A stretch of 52,277 nucleotides of DNA, taken from NCBI GenBank assembly GCA_964455675.1, contig CAYVYK010000005.1, positions 62,001-114,277 of the forward strand, written 5' to 3'. Numbering within the stretch: position 1 is the first letter of the stretch; each line of letters opens with the position of its first letter. This DNA comes from an uncultured Methanosarcinales archaeon (lineage in GTDB: Archaea; Nanobdellota; Nanobdellia; Woesearchaeales; CAYVYK01). The notes below the pieces were generated by a model. That model saw only the letters and a program-made list of their open reading frames with translations. It did no database searches and had not been told where the DNA came from. Shown here piece by piece: positions 19,608 to 27,520 of the stretch. A program made the position numbers and the translations under genes.

Positions 19608-20719
19608 ATCAGTTGAAGATACGCACGGGCTATTACCTGTTCTTTTGGTTGCGGGTAGACCGTAGTCGCGAGTGTTTTTCCAGCGAGTGGTATGTCTGAT
19701 CCTACGCCTGAGAAATAATGATGGATTCTTCCAATGTTGGGATATTTGCTTCGGTACCCATGCTGTAGGCTTGCCATGACTGCCCACTCCATATCGAGCC
19801 ATGATCCGTTTACAGCTAGTGCCCGCTCGAGCCGTTGCTTTGTTTGCTGGAGTACGGAACATGTATTTACGGTGACACCGATGCTCAGTTTTTCTCTCAC
19901 AAGTCTTCTGAACCTTTCGTAGAGTCGTTCTGCGAGCTCATTGTGGATTGGTTTTACCCTCAGCTCTCCTCGTGCGATGTCCTCTTCTTCAATGGAAGCG
20001 TCAGGAATTCCGATTGCTCCAATGGTTGCGTCTCTCTTCAGGAGTCCTATCTTTCCGTAATGGAACGTGTGCACATCCATCCCCGGTCTCGTCACATTTG
20101 CAAGAGCGTAGAGCTTGGCAAGGACGTTGTATGCTTGGTCTGCAAATACGTAATCGAACGAGATTACGCGTCTCGTGCCTACTGCGGCAATCTTATAGTT
20201 GAGAAAATCATTGCACTCTTCCTGCAGTGTATCTACGTGGAGAGAGCTATGAGGGCCGAAGATGACGAAGAGATGTTCACGATGATTCGCGCGAAGTTCG
20301 TCGGAAAGTCCGTCGACGAGATCGTGGGCGAACGCAACGAATCTGCTGCTTGCGGTATACTCATTCCCTCCGTAGTTGCGTACCCGAACTGTGATATCAT
20401 GATTCACAAGCTCTTGTAAGACTTTTGCTTGATCGTGATCACGTACGAGTCTTGTCACTCCTCGTGCATTGACTGCATGGAGCCTTCCAGGTATTTCCTC
20501 AAAGAAGTGTGTCTCTGTGCTTTTGCGAGGTTGGTATTCGATGAACGGAGTCCCGAATTCGAGGATTGAATCCCGTACTTCGTCTGTGCGGTATCCATTA
20601 TGGATAACTATTTCTCTAAGTGTAGCACGCTGCTTTTCCTCTGTTTCCTTGTCACGATGAAGCTTCCTGTCTACCGTATATTGGAGACGCTGTTCATCGT
20701 TCATGACGAGATCCTGCAT
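19595..20719 (-). CDS. Nucleoside phosphorylase / AMP nucleosidase-like fold protein
   Basis: GKIG, DME and SDIPL motifs in the order expected for the PNP_UDP superfamily. Confidence 0.55.
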   Translation of the reverse strand: MQDLVMNDEQRLQYTVDRKLHRDKETEEKQRATLREIVIHNGYRTDEVRDSILEFGTPFIEYQPRKSTETHFFEEIPGRLHAVNARGVTRLVRDHDQAKVLQELVNHDITVRVRNYGGNEYTASSRFVAFAHDLVDGLSDELRANHREHLFVIFGPHSSLHVDTLQEECNDFLNYKIAAVGTRRVISFDYVFADQAYNVLAKLYALANVTRPGMDVHTFHYGKIGLLKRDATIGAIGIPDASIEEEDIARGELRVKPIHNELAERLYERFRRLVREKLSIGVTVNTCSVLQQTKQRLERALAVNGSWLDMEWAVMASLQHGYRSKYPNIGRIHHYFSGVGSDIPLAGKTLATTVYPQPKEQVIARAYLQLIQEL

Positions 20720-20774
20720 GAGGGGAGATTATCTTGCGTGCTATATAAATATTATGAGAAATAATCACTAATAA

Positions 20775-20795
20775 GTAGTGTCAATAAAACATCCA
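20775..20795. promoter_or_regulatory. Possible fourth NrtR-type operator
   Basis: GTAGTGT-caataaa-ACATCCA, upstream of the gene at 20719(-). Confidence 0.4.
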
Positions 20796-20811
20796 CTAAC
20801 TGGCTTCGTAC

Positions 20812-21486
20812 TCACCACGAAACGCCCTGTTCCCGAAGAAATTTCTTCACTTCGCGCATAGTGTACGCTGCAGGGATATTGCGCTCCTTCGAATCATCGA
20901 TGACTTGTTTTGGTTCCTCAAGGTCAACTCTCCCTCGAAAAACAATTCCTTTCCATCCATGCTTTACCGCTGCCTCGATATACGGTGGCCGGTCATCGAT
21001 GAAGATAATCTTGGAATATGGTAGTTTTGGATACATCGGATTCTCGGGTTTTGCGGATTTACGCTCAAACGATAACAGCTTCGGAAACCTTGGATTGTAC
21101 GTCTTGAGGACTTGGGGCATCTGCTCTTTGAGTATGCCGACGTGCAGTTTTGCGATGTTTGAGTCAATGCCGACGGCGTGTCCTGCCTCGAACAGTTGCT
21201 TCTTCAGTTCTACCATCTCGCTGATCGGCCGCTTGTAAGCTTTTTTCCAGAGTGCCACAAGATCAATCCGGTTCCCGATAATTCTCTCCAGGCGTTCCTG
21301 GTACTGTTTGGTGGTTATCTCGCCCCGAAGGTAGAGGCGATTGATGTCGCTATGGATATACGCCTCCTTGAACGATTCTTTCGTATGCTTCCCGGAAATT
21401 CTCGCTGCTTCCTTGTAAAACTCTTTGAAGTTCAACTCGACGAGCACACCACCAATATCAAAGAGGATGAGGGTTTTCTTTGGCAT
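20812..21486 (-). CDS. HAD-family phosphatase
   Basis: FDIGGVL, SN, KP, FIDD. Confidence 0.88.
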   Translation of the reverse strand: MPKKTLILFDIGGVLVELNFKEFYKEAARISGKHTKESFKEAYIHSDINRLYLRGEITTKQYQERLERIIGNRIDLVALWKKAYKRPISEMVELKKQLFEAGHAVGIDSNIAKLHVGILKEQMPQVLKTYNPRFPKLLSFERKSAKPENPMYPKLPYSKIIFIDDRPPYIEAAVKHGWKGIVFRGRVDLEEPKQVIDDSKERNIPAAYTMREVKKFLREQGVSW

Positions 21487-21857
21487 TATTTCAGCGCCTT
21501 GACAATCTCCATGTGGTGCTTCTCTTCTTTCACCATCTTTGTGAGCGTCGCGATCACTTTGTGGTCCTTGGTATTCTCAATAATATATCCGTAGATACCT
21601 CGCGCAGTGTCCTCCTCGCGGCGGGCTTCCTTCTTCAGTCGTGGTTCCATCGTGCTTTTCTCATGCTCCTCAAGGTACAGAACGCAGTCCGAAAGCATTC
21701 GTGCGTGGTTGACGGATTACATGATGAGCTCCCGTATCTTGTTCTGATTCTTCTGATAGTTGAGCTTGTGCAGATTATCTAGATAAAACATGATAACGTC
21801 AAACTCAACCTTGATATTTCGTGCGATTGCTTTGGATAGTTGTTTTTTTGTGTACAT
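21486..21857 (-). pseudogene. Ferritin/rubrerythrin-like protein with an in-frame TAA at codon 47 (21717-21719)
   Basis: Reading through the stop gives a 123-aa frame with duplicated E...ExxH half-sites (LIM*SVNH, EEKHH). Confidence 0.65.
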
Positions 21858-21911
21858 GCGGTTCACCGCAATGAATCTAGGTCACGAGGCTTTTAAACGT
21901 TGCGTTGAACT

Positions 21912-23129
21912 CTAGCGAAGGCCCAAGAAAAACAGCATGACGGGAACGAGAATGCACGCCATGGTGTTTGATCGCTTTACTCCGACGAGAGGAGCGAGGA
22001 GTCCGACAGCTGTTGATGTGATGAGTACAAGGAGTCCAGGCAGTCCACAGAGGAGTATTGCGAGTACTGTCACAAATGACATGATCGCAATGCACACGCG
22101 CTGATAGTTGATCTTGCTCATGATGTTTGCAAATACCCTGGCAAGCGATAGCGTGATGAACGCAGCTATTCCTCCCGTTATGGCGCAGACGGCGAGCAGT
22201 GTCCACAGATCGTGCAGGCTGATGTGCGCGGTGAGTTCTTGCAGTGCGACGATCGCCCCGTTGCGCGGTTTGTCAAGCGCATAGAATGCGCCTAGTCCGA
22301 AGACAAAATTTGATGTGCTGATACCGCCAGTAAGTATGAGAAATCCGTACTCACCGAGTCCTCCAATAAGATACAGGCAGACTGTTGCGGCTGTTGAGCT
22401 GCCGACTCCGGGGAGCATGCCGACGAGCGAGCCGCTGAATACCGAGCCCGCTATCGCTTTGATCTGCGCGATCGGCGAAATCTTGAGTGATGCGGATGTT
22501 TCTTGTGGTGGGATCTTCATTTCTTCGTCGAGAGCCGTGATAAGTGTTGATATTCCAAACAGTCCTGAGAGGAGCGGAAAGAGCGGCTGTTCGAGCCGTT
22601 CAAAATCAAGCACAATGTACCCAAGCACTCCGGACAGAAGGATGACGAATAATCCCCACACTTTTTTCCCCCATCCTCGTTCCGTGAGGACCATGAAAGA
22701 GAGAACCCAAAGGAGGATGATTCCCATGAGCGGGGAGATGCTGTCATACACTCGTTCGAGGAACGGAATGACCGCCGGGATAATCGCAATCGTCAGGATG
22801 AGCGCGCAAAGACTGCCAAGGACAGTCAGGTAGACTGCTTCGTATCCTTTTCCTTTGAGGAGGAGCTTATGGCCTGGCAGTACGTTCAGTACGGTTGCCT
22901 CATTGGGGGCTCCAAGGAAGATGCTTGGCACAGCATCGACAAATGAGTGCGTGACCCCCATCGAGATGATGAACGCTCCAAGCTCAAGAGGTTGCGTGTA
23001 TTTCAGGAGAATTCCCGACATGCTGACGAGCAGCACGCTCACGAGATTGATATGCACGCCGGGAGTGAGGCCTGTGATAATTCCGCAGAGGATTCCAAGG
23101 ATGGTGGCAAGGAGGAGTGCGATGAACAC
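21912..23129 (-). CDS. Tripartite tricarboxylate transporter TctA family (archaeal DUF112 type)
   Basis: GLTPGVHIN, PSIFLGAP, VLPGH..L..G.G, GVKRS; start set at GTG 23129. Confidence 0.88.
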   Translation of the reverse strand: MFIALLLATILGILCGIITGLTPGVHINLVSVLLVSMSGILLKYTQPLELGAFIISMGVTHSFVDAVPSIFLGAPNEATVLNVLPGHKLLLKGKGYEAVYLTVLGSLCALILTIAIIPAVIPFLERVYDSISPLMGIILLWVLSFMVLTERGWGKKVWGLFVILLSGVLGYIVLDFERLEQPLFPLLSGLFGISTLITALDEEMKIPPQETSASLKISPIAQIKAIAGSVFSGSLVGMLPGVGSSTAATVCLYLIGGLGEYGFLILTGGISTSNFVFGLGAFYALDKPRNGAIVALQELTAHISLHDLWTLLAVCAITGGIAAFITLSLARVFANIMSKINYQRVCIAIMSFVTVLAILLCGLPGLLVLITSTAVGLLAPLVGVKRSNTMACILVPVMLFFLGLR

Positions 23130-23225
23130 GCGTACATGTCGCCAGGTATCCTTCTTATTCCTTTGACCATTTTGTCCGCAAATATTTCGCAATGCTTCAC
23201 TAATATTTACTATATAGTAAACAAT

Positions 23226-23265
23226 AAAGAAAAAAAGGAAGGCGATCCTTGCGGGATGGCCTTCC
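23226..23265 (-). terminator. Intrinsic terminator closing the stem-loop array transcript
   Basis: Minus strand GGAAGGCCATCCC-GCAA-GGATCGCCTTCC followed by TTTTTTTCTTT. Confidence 0.85.
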
Positions 23266-23270
23266 AGAGA

Positions 23271-23961
23271 GTGGCGGACATATGACTCAGAGGGTGAATC
23301 CTCGCGATTGTCCGCCACGTTGGTGTCAAATGCCCCGCACATTGTCGATATTGCGGATTTCGGGGTATACGGGGCAGCGTTGTGTATTATGCGGCACGCA
23401 CCTCCAGTTTTGAGAGGAGAACTACGATTACGCACCGCGAGTATGTCAGAGTGGCGGACACGCGACGGGTTAAGGTAACTTCGGCTTATGGCCGCCACGT
23501 TGGTGTCTGTTGCCCCACACACCTCTCATATTTAGATGCTGTATGTAGTGGGGCAACGTTGTGCGGCGCGTATGTTGACGGTTTAATCCATCCGAGCTTT
23601 GGCGCGCCGCGTGTATGTCGGAGTGGCGGGCACCTGGGGTACAGTGTGTCATAGTAATCTATGTCCGCCACGTTAATGTCTGCTGCCCCACATCACCGGC
23701 GTTGTGTTTACGAATTCGACAGTGGGGCAGCGTTGTGCGGCGCGCAGTAACTCAGAAGACTGTACCGCTTGTTTTGCGCGCCGCGTGTATGTCTTGTGGC
23801 GGTTAGTCCCGGTATTCTGTAAACGTAATGAAAAAACCGCCACGTTGGTGTCTGTTGCCCCACACGGCCTCGTCAACCAGAGTAACACATTTGTGGGGCA
23901 GATGGTATGTTGTGCGGCGCGCAACTCCACTTAATCTGTTAGGACACCAATTGCGCGCCGC
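23271..23961 (-). repeat. Stem-loop guide-like array, downstream of the Tas-like gene (12 hairpins, A-B-C x4)
   Basis: Stems GTGGCGGA/TCCGCCAC, TGCCCCAC/GTGGGGCA and GCGGCGCG/CGCGCCGC close 27-29-nt unique loops; A stems at 23271, 23451, 23623, 23796. Confidence 0.92.
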
Positions 23962-24026
23962 GTGCGTGACTGGAGAATTCCAGGATGATTCCGGAGCGGT
24001 CGCGCAGTGCACGCCGCTCGTTGAGA

Positions 24027-25757
24027 TTACACGGTCACGAGCTGCTGCTCGTCGATGCGCTTCCACTCTTTGAACAACCACGTGGCGAATTCGCCGAGCA
24101 TGTACCAGATCGCTTGCCTGCGGATGTGGCCGTCGGTGTACATCTCATGGTGGCCCTTGTCTGCGCAGTCAAACTTCTTCTTGTACAAGCGATACGGCGC
24201 GGGGAGAAATGGCGGAGTCTCGTTGGGGAACGGATGCCGGTAGCGTATACCGCGATCATAGTCAATCACGTCATCCCGCATTGCGTCGCGCCATCCATTC
24301 TTCGCGCCGGGACTGCTGATCCTCTCGATGAACCGGTGCTCCCAGTCATGCGGTGCGCGCCATTGCTTCATGCTGTCCGGGAGCTTCCAGTGCTCATCAG
24401 CCTTCGTCGCAGAGCGCCAACCACGCTCTCTGGTTGAGTCCATAATCTCGAGCATGACGACGTTGCCGTCGTTCCAGCCGAACACGCGGTCGAGCCGTTC
24501 GAGGCGATACCCACGCGGTTGTGTGGGATCGTCATGCCGGCGCCATCCGCCGCGGAGCCAATGTCCATTATGTGCACTATCGTCGGGGATTTGCAGAATC
24601 TCAGCGCATTCCCTGCAAAGAATGTCCGGGCGCTGCGTTCTGAGCTCTGCGATCAGCTCGCGTAGTCGATCGCCCCACTGAGTTCCGGGTCGCTTGCTCG
24701 CTTGCATCGCGAGCTGGTAGAGGCTCTGGCGTGCGTCGCCGCTCCAGTTCGCGATCTTTCCAACCTGTCGGTGGGGGAAGCTTCCGTCAGCACGCGGGCG
24801 AACGCCACAGTAGGATGCGAACGCTGCCGCGTTCGGGAATCGCTTGATGTTCTGAACTGCCGCGATGAGGCCGCCTGCGATGCGGGGTCCAACGCCTGTG
24901 ATGCTCGAGAGCACTGCTGTATAGATCGCGGTTCCCTCGACGGCTTCCGCAAGCGCCTTGTAGCATTCGTCCTCGTCCGCCTGCAGGAGCGCGAGCCGCT
25001 CGTTATTGGCGACAGCCGCCTCGCATGCATCGAGGATGCTGCCCTCCGGGTAGTATCCCTCCTCGTTCATGAAGATGCGCCCGTTGAAGCGCTGCCGCAG
25101 CCGTTGTTGGCATGCGATACGGGACTTCATGGCGTCCATACGATCCTGGAAACGTGCACTCACGAGGATCAGGCTCCGCTCCACAGGATCTACCCGGTAA
25201 AAGATCTCGCGCTTCTCCTTGACGAGTGTTGCGAGCAGTTCATGATCGTCGTTCTTGTCGCGCGTGCCACGCTCTTCCTTGAGCCTTGCTGGCGGAATGC
25301 GGAAGATCTCAAATCCCTTCTGTTCGCCACATCGCGAGATGGCGAACGCGAGTGCATCGCCGCTGCCGCCGAGCACCATGCCGACGATATCATCCTTCTC
25401 GAGTCCTTCGAACCTGATCGGCACATGCGTGGCTATCTCGAAGTCGTGCTTGAATCCGAGTAGGATCTTGCGTGCGCGTTCGATCGGGCGCACGAACTTC
25501 TGAGGGTGTTGCGGCACTTCCTCCGCGCTGATGCCCTTCCACCGTACCTGGTAATCGCGAAAGTTCGCAAGTTCATCCTCTTCCGTGATCTCGCGATACT
25601 TCACGGGATGGATGCCGCGCACGAAATCGAGTTCTGCCTGCTCGTCCGGAAGGTCGAGGGTTTTTGTCTTCTCACCCTGGATGATGGTGACTTGCGTCGG
25701 CCGCGGCTTGCCTTCCGCTGTCATCTTCACCCTGTGCCTGATCCCGATGTGTCTCAC
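24027..25757 (-). CDS. IS110/TIGR-Tas-like Nop-domain protein with degenerate RuvC-like N-terminus and large insertion
   Basis: ITGVGPRIAGGLIAAVQNIKRFPNAAAFASYCG (IS110/Nop-like), DGSFP.R..G...NW, C-terminal GHIRRQA.WYM..F..WLFKEW; AGGAGG RBS. Confidence 0.85.
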   Translation of the reverse strand: MRHIGIRHRVKMTAEGKPRPTQVTIIQGEKTKTLDLPDEQAELDFVRGIHPVKYREITEEDELANFRDYQVRWKGISAEEVPQHPQKFVRPIERARKILLGFKHDFEIATHVPIRFEGLEKDDIVGMVLGGSGDALAFAISRCGEQKGFEIFRIPPARLKEERGTRDKNDDHELLATLVKEKREIFYRVDPVERSLILVSARFQDRMDAMKSRIACQQRLRQRFNGRIFMNEEGYYPEGSILDACEAAVANNERLALLQADEDECYKALAEAVEGTAIYTAVLSSITGVGPRIAGGLIAAVQNIKRFPNAAAFASYCGVRPRADGSFPHRQVGKIANWSGDARQSLYQLAMQASKRPGTQWGDRLRELIAELRTQRPDILCRECAEILQIPDDSAHNGHWLRGGWRRHDDPTQPRGYRLERLDRVFGWNDGNVVMLEIMDSTRERGWRSATKADEHWKLPDSMKQWRAPHDWEHRFIERISSPGAKNGWRDAMRDDVIDYDRGIRYRHPFPNETPPFLPAPYRLYKKKFDCADKGHHEMYTDGHIRRQAIWYMLGEFATWLFKEWKRIDEQQLVTV

Positions 25758-25819
25758 GTCTGTTCCTCCTTTTCATGAACCGTGTTGTATTGGGAAGCCG
25801 TCAGGCTTGAGTGTCATGT

Positions 25820-26467
25820 GCTGCCGTGCAACTCCCAAGGTTTAGATTACTTGAGCATCAGCACGGCAGCGTGTGACGGACAGACATGGCTCTGCTTGGA
25901 CGAGTCCTCTTGTCCGCCACGTTGGTGTCAAGCGCGCCCTGCAGTTGGATTCTTTGGTAAAACAGCCCTTCGAGCAGGACGCGTGGAATCTTGTGCGGCG
26001 CGCACTCACACTATTCTCTCAAGGACCTCATTGCGCGCCGCGTGTATGTCGTGTGGCGGACACGAGCGCAATTTATTTTGAGTCGCCTCGTAGTCCGCCA
26101 CGTTGGTGTCAAGCGCTGCTCCGCACCCTCACCATTGGGGTGTATCCACTTCACAGCGGAGCAGCGTGGGGTGTAAAGTGCGGCGCGGAGATCCTCGCAG
26201 GGAAAATGGGCTCCATTATGCGCCGCGTATGTGTCGTGTGGCGGACAATGCCAACTTATGAATGACTGGGACCCTTGTCCGCCACGTTAGTGTCAAGCGC
26301 TGCCCCACATTTCCTGGCGTGGAGTAAGACCATTCCCATTGTGGGGCAGCGTGTGTGTTGTGCGGCGCACAACCACCCATGTTGGTGAAAACTCCCTTGA
26401 GTGCGCCGCGTATATGTTGTGTGCGGACAGTCCCGGTACAGCGATGAACGTAATGATAGTCCGCCAT
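25820..26467 (-). repeat. Stem-loop guide-like array, upstream of the Tas-like gene (11 hairpins)
   Basis: Same three stem classes and linkers; A stems at 25873, 26053, 26238, 26421; loops 27-30 nt. Confidence 0.92.
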
Positions 26468-26892
26468 GTTCGTGTTAACGCATCGAGGGCAAGTCTTATT
26501 CGGGGGTGACTATTCTGACTTTGGAATGTACTCCGCAGGCTAGAGAAATCTGTTTCTTCCACCGACGAAAACGCGAGTTTTCTCGCATTTCCGCTCTTCT
26601 CCATTGTGTTTTCGAGACTGCCGATCCTGTTCATTCAGAGTATTGCTGCATGTGTGCTCGCAATAGCGAGGATGATTGATCGGTCGTGGTGTTGCGCGTT
26701 CTAGCGTTAGGTTTGTTAGGGTAAAATGAGTATCACGAATCGGTAGTGAATATTTAAAGGTTGTTGCGTTTTTTCAAGTCATGAAACGGATTCAATCCGT
26801 CGCCGTAACCCTTCAATAATTTACCACTACTAGATGATGAAAAAGCAAAGGTTTAAAAATCTGGACTACCTTCTCCGTTGCGGTGATACGTA

Positions 26893-27513
26893 ATGCCTGA
26901 TAGACTTTCAGACCTTTCTATGGATGAATTGCTATGCATGGGAGCTGTTGACCTTCTACAGATCGGTCCTGGCGGCCCAGCGAGCCTTGATGCTCATTCC
27001 GCAATCACTCAGAGGGGGAGAAGCGGAGAGAGTTATGACCGCACGGCAGGCCCAAGCAAAGTGCGCCGCGGCTCAAGAGAAATCGGATTCAAGTATCCCT
27101 TGCGCATGCAGGCAGTCATTATTGACAAGCCACGATACGTCGTCCAGCGTGATATTCGGCTTCCGGTCGAGATTGAGCCAGGAAACGTGCAAGAACTTTC
27201 CTGGTGGTATCATCCTGATACGCCCGGCATCACTCGCGTCTTTAGCCGCGGCGATAATGTCGCGGAACTTGATTTTGGAATGACTATGTCATACCTGAAT
27301 GGTGCGTGGCTTGGTGATCCAAGGCAAGTTGAGCAAGTACGCCGTGCACTTGAAACAGAAGTAAGCCTTGCGCAGGCGCAACGGCCTGATAATCCGCACC
27401 GTCTAGAGATTGTTGACAATCTCCATATATTGAGGCAGATGTACAGGAATCATGAGAAACGATTGCCCATCATGCCATGTTCAGTGTATACGCTGTTTGA
27501 GCCCAAAGAATAG
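26893..27513 (+). CDS. Hypothetical protein
   Basis: TTTAAAAA TATA and GGTGA RBS; first gene of the AAA-vWA operon. Confidence 0.7.
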   Translation: MPDRLSDLSMDELLCMGAVDLLQIGPGGPASLDAHSAITQRGRSGESYDRTAGPSKVRRGSREIGFKYPLRMQAVIIDKPRYVVQRDIRLPVEIEPGNVQELSWWYHPDTPGITRVFSRGDNVAELDFGMTMSYLNGAWLGDPRQVEQVRRALETEVSLAQAQRPDNPHRLEIVDNLHILRQMYRNHEKRLPIMPCSVYTLFEPKE

Positions 27514-27520
27514 GTGACGC

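Noticed and set aside
21717..21719. Stop-codon recoding or alternative genetic code
   Set aside because: It is a single case, and TAA ends many other genes in the window.
23461..23488. Loop segment GTAACTTCGG resembling a conserved 23S rRNA motif (box C/D-like rRNA targeting)
   Set aside because: A 10-nt match recalled from memory is at chance level across 23 loops and is out of register with the conserved blocks.
23130..24081. N-terminal extension of tctA to 23522 and the short ORFs over both arrays (also 25782-26634)
   Set aside because: These are translations of GC-rich repeats (recurrent MCGA.DTNVA); the extension also crosses the terminator and the tctA promoter region.
24027..25757. 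Ordinary active IS110 insertion sequence
   Set aside because: Catalytic DEDD residues and the serine loop are not conserved, there is a large insertion, and the flanks are multi-unit arrays.
23271..26467. Calling the arrays CRISPR
   Set aside because: The variable segments sit inside hairpin loops, three different repeats alternate, and no cas genes are present.
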